A stretch of DNA of 28,676 nt from a virus (taxonomy: Duplodnaviria; Caudoviricetes). Location of the stretch: positions 1 to 28,676 of IMG/VR virus record IMGVR_UViG_3300037589_000020, one strand, 5' to 3'. Shown here piece after piece: positions 16,509-24,284 of the stretch. The notes under the pieces are model-generated. The model was not told where the DNA came from. It saw nothing but the letters and a program-made list of their open reading frames with translations, and ran no database searches. Each line of letters begins with the position of its first letter. Position 1 is the first letter of the stretch. Made by a program: the position numbers and the translations under genes.

Positions 16509-17793
16509 CGTCGTTGTCTCCATTGTTGTCGGCCCCCGTGGCGGGCGGGGTGTCCGTGGCGGGGATGGCGTTGGTCTCTTCCCAGCCGTACAGTTCCCGC
16601 TTTTCGTTTGTAGTCAAGAAGCCGATACCGTCGGCTTCGACCATGCTGGTGACGCGGCTCTTCTTAAGGGCCGGAATCTCGTCAAGGTCCGCTACGATGC
16701 GAACGCCCGTCGGGCACAGCAACCGCGTCATGCCCTGCATAAGCGGACTGACGTAGTCCGGGATGATTGTGTCTTCCCAGAAGGCCGCGCGGCTTTCAAC
16801 GTAGTTGCCCGCGAACTTGGCACCGTCGGCGGCACCCATGCCAGCCAACGCGATGGGAATACCAAACGCGCCGAAGATCAGGCGGGCCATGTCGTCCGAA
16901 GGCATCTTGCTGTGAATGTCGCTGAGGTCATTGGCCAGAGTGTGGATCTGGACGTCAGCGGCGTTCTGAAGGATCGGGATGCGCCCCGCATCGGGGCCTT
17001 CCGGACCGAAGCCCTCAAGGTAGCGCTTCAGTTCTACCTTCTGCGGCTCCGTAAGCGTGCGGGAACACGTTACCAGATAACGAGCGTTGGGGTGCCCCTC
17101 GGCCGTTTGGATGGCGCGAATAAGCAAGGACGTGATAACCTGCGAGGGCAGGCCGATTGTGTTCAGCGGTGTGTTCTGGTCGTCCTTGTGCTGGAACCCA
17201 CGGAGGCCCGGACGCCATATAACGTCGGCGAAGCCCTTGGTAGAGGTTCCGTCCTTTTTCCACGTACTGAAGGACGGGAACTTCTCGGGCCGTTCGCCCT
17301 GCCCGTACTCGTACCGATCGGTCATGCCACGTTGATTCTGGAACGCCCGCACGTGCTTGGTTTCCAGCGTGTACAGCCCGGTCGGCTGGTTGCGGTCAAG
17401 GGCCGCCGTGGTCACGCGCAGGGGCGTGCGACCGTAGGCAGCGTAGTTCAGGGCCATCCAGTACCGCAGCATCGCCGGGGTCATTTCGTCGTTGGGGCTC
17501 ATCAGCAAACTGTTGAGTTGCTTGATGCGTTCCTTGACGCCGCGACGGTCGGTTGCGGTTGCCTTGGGGTCTTCCTCGGCGAACCAGCCGACCTGTTGAA
17601 CAGAACTTGCGATCTTGTGCAGGGCACGACCGACGACGGGGTGCTTCATCGCCGTTTCGGCGGCGATGTAAGCGTTCCACTTGATAACCGACACGCCCAA
17701 CCCGCTAGACAGGTAAAGGACTTCCGGTTGGCGAGGCGCGTCGTCGGCCTCCCGAGGGGGTGCCGCTTTGCGCGTGAAGCTAATTCCGAACAT
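16498..17793 (-). CDS. Portal protein (HK97 family)
   Basis: IASSV, LLMSPNDEMT, FGIPIALAG and LTTNEKRELYG motifs; follows terL; AAGGA RBS. Confidence 0.92.
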   Translation of the reverse strand: MFGISFTRKAAPPREADDAPRQPEVLYLSSGLGVSVIKWNAYIAAETAMKHPVVGRALHKIASSVQQVGWFAEEDPKATATDRRGVKERIKQLNSLLMSPNDEMTPAMLRYWMALNYAAYGRTPLRVTTAALDRNQPTGLYTLETKHVRAFQNQRGMTDRYEYGQGERPEKFPSFSTWKKDGTSTKGFADVIWRPGLRGFQHKDDQNTPLNTIGLPSQVITSLLIRAIQTAEGHPNARYLVTCSRTLTEPQKVELKRYLEGFGPEGPDAGRIPILQNAADVQIHTLANDLSDIHSKMPSDDMARLIFGAFGIPIALAGMGAADGAKFAGNYVESRAAFWEDTIIPDYVSPLMQGMTRLLCPTGVRIVADLDEIPALKKSRVTSMVEADGIGFLTTNEKRELYGWEETNAIPATDTPPATGADNNGDNDDAE

Positions 17794-17802
17794 AGCGGTT
17801 CC

Positions 17803-19032
17803 TTACAGGTAAGCCACTCCGCCGCCCTGCATCTCGTGGACGGAAAGGTCTTCCACGGCGTAACGGATGGCGTCAATGCAGTGGTCGTCGCTGTCCGGGT
17901 CGGGCATCGGAAGCGGCTTGTCGTTGGGGTCAGCCTTCCAGCGGTAGCTCTTGATCTCCTCGTACGTAATGGGGCACTCGGGGTCAATGAGCAGTTGGTA
18001 TCCGCTTACGAAGTTGATACCGTTCTTGACGCTACCTGCCCCCTTGATGGCTCCGAACATGTTGTAGCCTTTGGAGTTCAGGTAGTCGATGGTTTCGGGA
18101 CGGGCGCTGTCGGCCGTGATCGGCCAGTCGCGCACCTCGTGTAAGTCGTCCATAAGGTCCGGCAGCTTGTTGTTCGGGACCTTATAGCCTACGTTCTCTT
18201 GAGCGACGTAGATAATGCCGTTGAATAGTGCCGGGTCAAGGCCCATGTCCTCGGGCTCAATGACGTACACCTTGACGATAGCGTTGGGGTCGGAACCAAA
18301 ACCGAAGTCCATGCCGAAGCGTGGCAGGCACTTCTCTGGGATGAAGTCCGGACGACCGATCGCGTAGTTGTCGAAGATTGCGAGGTCGGGGTTTTCGTCG
18401 TAACCGCCTTCCCAGATGTGCACGTGACGTTTCGGGTTGGCGCGAAGACTGCGACGGTACTCACTGGGCATCCGTGTCTGGTAGAAGAACGGATTGTCGC
18501 GCCAGCTTACGTGACGAATACAAGAGGCCTCAGGTGGGTGCGGCCCGCGAAAGAGCTGGTCCACCTCGTCGGTGCGGAAACGTGGGTTCCACGTCCAGAT
18601 CATTCTGGAACCGGGGGCACGGATGGTTGGAATGATTAGTTCCACCGACCGCTTGGTGAAGGTTTGCGCCTCCTCGCCCCAGAAGATCGTCGCGCCCTCA
18701 AGCGACTTGGCGCTTTCTGGGTTGCGATCCATACCGATGAACGAAAACCGACTACCCGTTGAGGTGTTGATGATTTCACGTTCAAGGATCTTGTGGCAGT
18801 CGTTCAGACCCATCTTATAGATCTTCTTCTCTAGAAGTTCCTTGACGGAGTCTTTGATAGAGTTTTGGTATTGCCGACCGCAAACTACTCGTTCGGTACG
18901 TTGCGCGGCAAGACCGATGCAGGCTTCTCCTACACCGTGAGATTTACCGCCGCCACGTCCACCGAAGAAGGCGTAGTGCTCATATCCCCCGTTCCACAGC
19001 GGAATATAGGCTTCGGCTATTTGAAGGTCCAA
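17803..19032 (-). CDS. terL: Terminase large subunit (PBSX-like family)
   Basis: Walker A GGRGGGKS, Walker B FWGEEA, TWNP, nuclease GMDFGFGSDP, ADSARPE and DHCIDAIRY; TTG start. Confidence 0.95.
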   Translation of the reverse strand: MDLQIAEAYIPLWNGGYEHYAFFGGRGGGKSHGVGEACIGLAAQRTERVVCGRQYQNSIKDSVKELLEKKIYKMGLNDCHKILEREIINTSTGSRFSFIGMDRNPESAKSLEGATIFWGEEAQTFTKRSVELIIPTIRAPGSRMIWTWNPRFRTDEVDQLFRGPHPPEASCIRHVSWRDNPFFYQTRMPSEYRRSLRANPKRHVHIWEGGYDENPDLAIFDNYAIGRPDFIPEKCLPRFGMDFGFGSDPNAIVKVYVIEPEDMGLDPALFNGIIYVAQENVGYKVPNNKLPDLMDDLHEVRDWPITADSARPETIDYLNSKGYNMFGAIKGAGSVKNGINFVSGYQLLIDPECPITYEEIKSYRWKADPNDKPLPMPDPDSDDHCIDAIRYAVEDLSVHEMQGGGVAYL

Positions 19033-19035
19033 GGG

Positions 19036-19200
19036 TTAAACGGTCTTCCGACCGCCTTGAACGGGCCCGGTGAGGGCAGTCTTCATCGTGCCAGACTGGA
19101 ACGTCTTGGCCGCCTGAGTGCGAGTCTGCCCGTTGGTACTTGCGACAGTGCGCGAAACCTGCGCCGGACGGCTCGCCTTTTTACCACATCCACAACCCAT
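19036..19200 (-). CDS. 54-aa basic micro-protein with N-terminal MGCGCGKK
   Basis: Below the ORF-track cutoff. AGGAG RBS; translates to MGCGCGKKASRPAQVSRTVASTNGQTRTQAAKTFQSGTMKTALTGPVQGGRKTV*, stopping 3 nt before terL. Confidence 0.8.
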   Translation of the reverse strand: MGCGCGKKASRPAQVSRTVASTNGQTRTQAAKTFQSGTMKTALTGPVQGGRKTV

Positions 19201-19226
19201 GGTGTTCTCCTACTATTGCTTGTGGT

Positions 19227-19502
19227 CTATATAACGGTTAGCACAACAGCGGTTCCGGTGACAACCCCGAAAATGGCCCCAAGTGAAAAGAAACGCCAAG
19301 AAAGGCAACACGAACAGTCTGCCCAGAGGTAAAGGACAATTTTCACCGTCCAGTGGTCGGGACTTTGGCACCAGTTTGGCATGAAGGTTTCACTGAACCA
19401 TGCCATAGAGTTACTCAGCCAGTTGTCCTCCCAAGACTCTTCCGGTTCGTCTCCATCGTACATGGGCTCCCAGTTCGGGCGGTGATTCCAAGGTATCCTC
19501 AT
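19227..19502 (-). CDS. 91-aa Trp-rich protein with CSCC motif and C-terminal TM helix
   Basis: ATGA-coupled start at 19502; ends ...LWADCSCCLSWRFFSLGAIFGVVTGTAVVLTVI. Confidence 0.7.
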   Translation of the reverse strand: MRIPWNHRPNWEPMYDGDEPEESWEDNWLSNSMAWFSETFMPNWCQSPDHWTVKIVLYLWADCSCCLSWRFFSLGAIFGVVTGTAVVLTVI

Positions 19503-19726
19503 TGCGGCCCTGCTCCTGCTGCTGTGGGGACGGTTGCCAAAAGCACCCTCCCAATTGTCGGCCACGTGTTCAAAAACACCATGATCCCACCAGAGGCCCA
19601 TACCACTTTTTCCAGGATGCGAAGGCGTTTTGACTGAGAGTCAAGGCGTTCTGTGTGCTGCGCGGCGATATTCTCGAGCGCGAGGATACGGCCCTCAACT
19701 AATCCGTCTTCGTACGTCTTGGTCAT
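19499..19726 (-). CDS. Small coiled-coil plus hydrophobic-segment protein (holin/XhlA-like architecture)
   Basis: 75 aa; RILALE...RLRILEK followed by a hydrophobic stretch; ATGA-coupled at both ends. Confidence 0.6.
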   Translation of the reverse strand: MTKTYEDGLVEGRILALENIAAQHTERLDSQSKRLRILEKVVWASGGIMVFLNTWPTIGRVLLATVPTAAGAGPQ

Positions 19727-19875
19727 CGGCAGAACCCCGGCTCGCCCTGTGTAAGCTTCTTGATGGTGACGTGCGCGCAGGCCCAGTCCTCGATGGCCTG
19801 TATGTGGGCGCTGTGGCCGTTGCCCCCCGGTCGCGAACTTGCTTCGCAGGGGCGCGGTGTGTTCACAATTGTCAT
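19723..19875 (-). CDS. 50-aa hypothetical protein with 3 Cys
   Basis: MTIVNTPRPCEASS...WAC...GFCR; AGGA upstream; fills the gap and is coupled to the next gene. Confidence 0.55.
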   Translation of the reverse strand: MTIVNTPRPCEASSRPGGNGHSAHIQAIEDWACAHVTIKKLTQGEPGFCR

Positions 19876-19879
19876 TAGA

Positions 19880-20137
19880 TTACTTCCTGACGCCAGTGCC
19901 GACCCAGACAGGTTCCAGCGCACTCATTTCGGTTTGGGATCGATGTGCCCCACACGACGGACAGCGGCCCCCGTGGTGCACAGTGCCGCAGTAGTCACAT
20001 GAAAAGTCTATGGGTGCTTGTACGGGGAGCGCAGGGGGAGGCATCGACAGGCGATCGCGCCTACCCCCTGCTAACTTGATGAGCCTCTCAATTCCTCCCA
20101 CAAGCATGAGGAAGAGTAGCTGACCAAGTATCTGCAT
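19880..20137 (-). CDS. 85-aa protein with hydrophobic N-terminus and CxxC...CxxC motif
   Basis: GGAG RBS before ATG 20137; CDYC-x8-CPSC. Confidence 0.65.
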   Translation of the reverse strand: MQILGQLLFLMLVGGIERLIKLAGGRRDRLSMPPPALPVQAPIDFSCDYCGTVHHGGRCPSCGAHRSQTEMSALEPVWVGTGVRK

Positions 20138-20141
20138 TTCG

Positions 20142-20642
20142 TTACTCCGTAGGCGGTTTCGCCTCCGGTTGCTGTTCAGGAGGCTCCAGGAACGTGCCGC
20201 TCTGGATTGGGACCAGATTGAACACTGGCAAGGGTGCGCCCCCGCCGCCGGTGGCTTCAACCTTGCTTTCTTGCTTCTCAGCCAGACCGAGGTCACGACC
20301 GATGATACTGGCGTTGAGCAATCCTGCCGCAGCGCCCTCAAACTTCTGCGTGTAGATGACCTCTTCGATCATTGCCACGACTTCCGCCCATTCTTCCCCG
20401 CGTGACTTGAACCCGTTTAACCGGGAGACAGTCATGCCGAGGTGGGAGGCGAGGCCCGTCTTGGTGTAGGGCCGCATCTTAGCGAGGTCGTCTTTGACGA
20501 TAACGCCTTGGAACTGAAAGCTCTTTTCCTCTAGGAGGGGGTGATTGTCCACCCACCTGAAGTAGTCCACCGCATCCTTCAACAGGTCGTCGGGTTTCAG
20601 GTAGATTTTCTTCTTCCGTTTAAGGAGTCGCTCGTAATACAT
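20142..20642 (-). CDS. terS: Terminase small subunit (P22 gp3-like)
   Basis: YFRWVDNHPL, KMRPYTKTGL and IYTQKFEGAAAGLLNASIIGRDLGL motifs match the P22 gp3 family. Confidence 0.9.
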   Translation of the reverse strand: MYYERLLKRKKKIYLKPDDLLKDAVDYFRWVDNHPLLEEKSFQFQGVIVKDDLAKMRPYTKTGLASHLGMTVSRLNGFKSRGEEWAEVVAMIEEVIYTQKFEGAAAGLLNASIIGRDLGLAEKQESKVEATGGGGAPLPVFNLVPIQSGTFLEPPEQQPEAKPPTE

Positions 20643-20720
20643 GGCGTTGCACAGGCACTCGCGGCACCTGTTCCTCTTGTGGTATGCGGCATCCTTTCAG
20701 TCCAGTCACGGGCACATTCA

Positions 20721-20767
20721 GGGGCCTTTGCCAACCGTATGCACATTTAGCGCACGGTGGCAACCCC
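20721..20767 (-). promoter_or_regulatory. Candidate late promoter inside an imperfect inverted repeat
   Basis: TTGCCA-N18-TACGGT upstream of terS; arms TTGCCACCGT / ACGGTTGGCAA. Confidence 0.4.
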
Positions 20768-20773
20768 TTTCCC

Positions 20774-21283
20774 CTACATTTTGCGCAATTGCTGCTTTTT
20801 CACCTGCAAATACTGCATCCCGCCGCCCAATTGCACTCTGACGGTTCCATCGCTCTTAATGCGCTGGATAATGCCGACCACGCCGGGCAACAGGCACCCG
20901 CTGAGGTCCACCTTGTCGCCAACGTCAAACCACACCTCGTCCGCAGGCTCCGCCACGGGGGCCAGCCCTCCAGCAAACTCAGCGTTCAGGATTTCCTGCA
21001 TTCGCACCAACTCGCTGAGCTCCACCGTCCGTGGGTTCATACTGGGTTCGAAGAAAAGCTGACGCAGGAAGTACCGGCCCGGCACCCTGCGTCGGAAATC
21101 CTTGTGACGGGAGAGCGGGGCAAAGACAAGACCGTACATCGCAGGCCGCTCGATAACAGAGACCTCCTTTGTCTTCTTGTCAATGCGCCGTTCACGTTCC
21201 ACGGGGATGTAGACCCCGTGGGAATCTTTGAACTGTTTATAGAGCTCCATGGCTCCGCTACAGTTGAAGACGGCTAGTTTCAT
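20774..21283 (-). CDS. NusG-family transcription antitermination factor (NGN + KOW)
   Basis: VYIP...IERPAMYGLVF (NGN 'P.FPGY.F' equivalent) and C-terminal FDVGDKVDLSGCLLPGVVGII (KOW); last gene before the late operon. Confidence 0.8.
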   Translation of the reverse strand: MKLAVFNCSGAMELYKQFKDSHGVYIPVERERRIDKKTKEVSVIERPAMYGLVFAPLSRHKDFRRRVPGRYFLRQLFFEPSMNPRTVELSELVRMQEILNAEFAGGLAPVAEPADEVWFDVGDKVDLSGCLLPGVVGIIQRIKSDGTVRVQLGGGMQYLQVKKQQLRKM

Positions 21284-21675
21284 GCGGGCCTCGGCGGTGG
21301 TGGCGGTGGTGGCGGTGCGCTGGGGGCCGCTGTGGCGACCGCAGGGCGGGCCACCGGGGGTGGTGGGGGTGCACTCGGGGCGGCACCCCGTTTGCGCTCC
21401 TTACGGCGTCTACGGCGTTCTTCCCTGTGATCGCTTTCTACCTTGGCGGGTTTCACGTAACCCTCTGGTCGGCGGCGGATTGTATGTGTGATCTGGATTT
21501 CCGCATGGGCCAGGATCGGCTCCAGGGGTTGAGTCAGGTAAGCCAACGTCTTCGGGCTCAGTACAATGACCCATCCATTGTACGGTTCCAGGTGTGCTCC
21601 GATGCACCAGTCGGCGCCGAACATCTCATGCCCGGCATCGATGGCGTCTTGTTTCTTGGGATAGTAGTAAGGCAC
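21280..21675 (-). CDS. Hypothetical protein with Arg-rich and poly-Pro C-terminus
   Basis: GGAGAGG RBS before GTG 21675; ATGA overlap with the nusG-like gene. Confidence 0.7.
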   Translation of the reverse strand: MPYYYPKKQDAIDAGHEMFGADWCIGAHLEPYNGWVIVLSPKTLAYLTQPLEPILAHAEIQITHTIRRRPEGYVKPAKVESDHREERRRRRKERKRGAAPSAPPPPPVARPAVATAAPSAPPPPPPPPRPA

Positions 21676-21682
21676 TAGACCT

Positions 21683-21732
21683 CTCCGTTGCTTGTGTGGA
21701 GCCACCCTAGCAGGGACGGCACCAACACGCAA
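21683..21732 (-). promoter_or_regulatory. Sigma70-like promoter and conserved leader
   Basis: TTGCGT-N17-TAGGGT; contains GCGTGTTG; leader CACAAGCAACGGAG. Confidence 0.55.
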
Positions 21733-21735
21733 GCC

Positions 21736-22032
21736 CTAACGCGCGCGACGCGGTTTGATTTTCGTGACCCGGCAATCACGCTCTGTGCCATCGGGTTCAA
21801 CCATCTTGACACCCTCAGCACCTATACCGATCGGCGGCATGGAGTGGCTCATGATGCTGACCCAGACAATGCCGGTCTCCGCCACCTTGGCCTTCTCCTC
21901 ATCGTCCAGCATAACAGCGAACGTGAGGCCCTGCGGGTGCTTGAACACGGGCAGGTCCAGCACCTCGTCCTCTTTGCCTTTGGGTGCCGCCATGATCAGG
22001 TTCGCACCTTCGAAATCAACCGGCACACCCAT
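21736..22032 (-). CDS. Hypothetical protein
   Basis: 98 aa; AAGGAG RBS. Confidence 0.75.
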   Translation of the reverse strand: MGVPVDFEGANLIMAAPKGKEDEVLDLPVFKHPQGLTFAVMLDDEEKAKVAETGIVWVSIMSHSMPPIGIGAEGVKMVEPDGTERDCRVTKIKPRRAR

Positions 22033-22207
22033 CAGAGAACTCCTTCCCCTTGGTGGTTACGGTCCAGACGCCAAGGTCCAGCGTGATCAGCCCGTGCTTC
22101 TCCAGCGCGGACAGGTCGTTGGGGTCTGCCGTGTTGATGGACATGTTGCTCTTGATGCGGCTGAACAGCATCTTCTGTTTACGGGTGAGTCGTTTCAGCT
22201 GTGCCAT
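22016..22207 (-). CDS. Hypothetical protein (possible small winged helix)
   Basis: GGAGG RBS before ATG 22207; LSALEKHGLI...WTVTTKG pattern. Confidence 0.7.
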   Translation of the reverse strand: MAQLKRLTRKQKMLFSRIKSNMSINTADPNDLSALEKHGLITLDLGVWTVTTKGKEFSDGCAG

Positions 22208-22373
22208 GAAGCACCTCCAGATCGCTTGTGTAGAATGTGAACAGCTGAGCGCCCATGCGCACGGCTGCAATGGTTTTGAAGGGGCTGGCCTCCGTGGTGC
22301 CGGTGCTACCACGCCAGCGCTTGAGGTGGTCGTAGGTGCTGTTAACCCGAACCACGTAGCCCGGCTTCAGCAT
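22179..22373 (-). CDS. Small SH3/KOW-like hypothetical protein
   Basis: MLKPGYVVRV...WRGSTG...SDLEVL; GAAAGG RBS. Confidence 0.6.
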   Translation of the reverse strand: MLKPGYVVRVNSTYDHLKRWRGSTGTTEASPFKTIAAVRMGAQLFTFYTSDLEVLHGTAETTHP

Positions 22374-22551
22374 CTTGGACCTTTCGTCTGTGCGGTGTGA
22401 TTTCACGTTCCGCCTCCTCTTTCCAGCCCGGCGCGTTGTCCATGGCGTTGCGCAACAGGCGGCGCAGTCGGGCAATGTGTTGAAGGTGAGCGGCCCGCTC
22501 GTGTTCAAGCTGGCCGATCCGGTTGCGTTGTTTTGCGAGCTTCGACTGCAT
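22342..22551 (-). CDS. Hypothetical coiled-coil protein
   Basis: TGATG-coupled start (MQSKLAKQ...). Confidence 0.6.
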   Translation of the reverse strand: MQSKLAKQRNRIGQLEHERAAHLQHIARLRRLLRNAMDNAPGWKEEAEREITPHRRKVQDAEAGLRGSG

Positions 22552-22973
22552 CAGTCGTCCCAGTTGTACAGGGTCACGCCGAACTTCAGGCGCATCACCT
22601 CGGCCCACGACACATTGTCGTCGCCTTCCTGTGAGAGGTAGTCCAGCATTGCCAGTGCCTCTTTCTTCTTAGGCGCGAAGGTGTTGTCGTCGTTGTGCAC
22701 CTCGCCTCTAGGAACTGGAACCATGGAGTATTCGATGAACCCGGCAGAAATCTCGGTTGCCGCCGACTGCGAAATGTCGAGGTACGCGGCAAGGTTCCTT
22801 GCGAAGTAGACGCCAGCGGCAAACAACTCCTGCACAGCGTCCTCGCCCATAAGGGCCGTTGCGTGCCCGGCGATGCAGGCCGGTGTCCCGCAGGTATGGA
22901 CGTAACGGTTCATATTGAACGTGTTGTCCTTCTCGATGGCGTCGCGCAGGGTTTTCAGGTTCGCGTAGTTCAT
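22551..22973 (-). CDS. Hypothetical phage protein with CGTPACIAGHA motif
   Basis: 140 aa; GGAGG RBS; ATGA coupling. Confidence 0.75.
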   Translation of the reverse strand: MNYANLKTLRDAIEKDNTFNMNRYVHTCGTPACIAGHATALMGEDAVQELFAAGVYFARNLAAYLDISQSAATEISAGFIEYSMVPVPRGEVHNDDNTFAPKKKEALAMLDYLSQEGDDNVSWAEVMRLKFGVTLYNWDD

Positions 22974-23314
22974 GCGTTGTCCTCCACGGGACGCGCGTCA
23001 CAGCTGACGGACGGGCCGTTGTAGATGCTGGCTTTGCCGAGGGCCTCTGCGCAGGGCGTGCCCATCAACTGACGGATGCGGCCAACCGCTTCTTGCTGGG
23101 TATCAACGCCTAGCAGGGTCCACAGTTCGCCGAGATTGATGAGCGCGGCCTTGGCCGCGTTGTCAAGCTGGCCAGCGCCAACGCGCGGGGGCGTGATCTC
23201 GCCGACGATTTCTTCCATGACCTTGGCGCAGGCGGTGTAGGTGCCTTCAAACACCACCGTTCCGGTGTCGGTTGCCAGTTGTGCCGGGCTTGTGGTTCCG
23301 GGTTCAATTTTCAT
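22970..23314 (-). CDS. Hypothetical protein
   Basis: GGAG RBS before ATG 23314 (MKIEPG...). Confidence 0.7.
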   Translation of the reverse strand: MKIEPGTTSPAQLATDTGTVVFEGTYTACAKVMEEIVGEITPPRVGAGQLDNAAKAALINLGELWTLLGVDTQQEAVGRIRQLMGTPCAEALGKASIYNGPSVSCDARPVEDNA

Positions 23315-23320
23315 TGCTTG

Positions 23321-23372
23321 CTCCGTTTGCTTGTTGCACCCCCTGACTAAACCAACACGCCAGCGGGTGCAA
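23321..23372 (-). promoter_or_regulatory. Candidate promoter with inverted repeat and conserved leader
   Basis: TTGCAC-N17-TAGTCA; arms TTGCACCC / GGGTGCAA; GGCGTGTTG in the spacer; leader CAAGCAAACGGAG. Confidence 0.5.
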
Positions 23373-23375
23373 GAG

Positions 23376-23609
23376 TTATTTCTTCGGGGGCGGCGGGCCT
23401 GGAGGCCGGGCGGGCAGCGGCGGCCCTGCCGTGCCGTACCGCTTGAACTCTTTGCGCCGGGGCCTGCCCGACGCAATGGGTCCATGTTCGCGGTATTCAA
23501 ACCGCTCCAGCCACAGAACCCAGCCGTCCCACGTGGTAACGGGGAACAGGGCGAACCCTGTCATCCACCCGTCCTCGTCGGGGCCTTTCTCTCGTGCACG
23601 CCACCTCAT
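23376..23609 (-). CDS. Hypothetical protein with Pro-rich C-terminus
   Basis: ATGA-coupled start (MRWRAR...FALFPV...WVLWLE). Confidence 0.65.
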   Translation of the reverse strand: MRWRAREKGPDEDGWMTGFALFPVTTWDGWVLWLERFEYREHGPIASGRPRRKEFKRYGTAGPPLPARPPGPPPPKK

Positions 23610-23863
23610 CGGCAGGGCTTCCGTGTCTGCGCCGCCTTGTACTTCTCCACGGTGGCCATCAGGTTTGCCCATGCCACCGAGTCCTTCGGCTTTTTGAGCA
23701 CCTTGGCCAGATTTCGGTGGTCGTAGTCAAGGGCACGGGCCGCATCGGCAATGCTCGGCCATTCAAACCCGCCGATGACGACAGGCTTCTTAGGACGGCC
23801 CCCGTGGTGGGGGCGGCGGGGGTTGGACTTCTCCGCGCGGGGCAGATACTTCTTGATCGACAT
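23606..23863 (-). CDS. NUMOD1-like HTH DNA-binding protein
   Basis: KPVVIGGFEWPSIADAARAL motif. Confidence 0.7.
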   Translation of the reverse strand: MSIKKYLPRAEKSNPRRPHHGGRPKKPVVIGGFEWPSIADAARALDYDHRNLAKVLKKPKDSVAWANLMATVEKYKAAQTRKPCR

Positions 23864-24284
23864 CTATGCGGTCCTTGTGTAGTGTGATGTATTCGTGGAA
23901 CCAGATACGGGCCTGCGCCTGTTCAAGGTCCACTACGAGAGGGAAATGCGCCCACTGACCACCGCATACCATAGCGATTTCAGTAAGCACACGGAACCTC
24001 CATGGTTGACGGTTCTTTCGATGCGCCAGGAATGGCCGCTTCCCGGTCTTGGCCGCAGCGCGACAAACTTGGTCCCACCAACTGTTGATCCCATTGGCCT
24101 CAACCCGTTTGACTTCGACTTCCAGACCGGGGACGCCGTTGACATCTGATCCTCCATGCCGTACCTGCTCCAAGTTTCGTTCAAGGTTAAGGGCGACGCC
24201 GACTTCAAGCGCCCAGCCCGTCAGCAGGCGGGCAAGCTCACGCTCACCCGCCGCACCTTTGCTTTTCGGCGACTTAATCGGCAT
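23790..24284 (-). CDS. Holliday junction resolvase, Hjc-like PD-(D/E)xK
   Basis: KSKGAAGERELA, GGSDV, EVKRVE and HRKNRQPW motifs; GAGG RBS before ATG 24284. Confidence 0.8.
   Translation of the reverse strand: MPIKSPKSKGAAGERELARLLTGWALEVGVALNLERNLEQVRHGGSDVNGVPGLEVEVKRVEANGINSWWDQVCRAAAKTGKRPFLAHRKNRQPWRFRVLTEIAMVCGGQWAHFPLVVDLEQAQARIWFHEYITLHKDRIDVDQEVSAPRGEVQPPPPPPRGPS

Noticed and set aside
20643-20690. Possible uORF or upstream extension of terS
   Set aside because: The in-frame region has no earlier start codon before a TGA, and the out-of-frame ATG has its SD-like sequence directly abutting it.
23606-23863. NUMOD1-like ORF as a homing endonuclease or intron marker
   Set aside because: No HNH or GIY-YIG domain and no interrupted gene.
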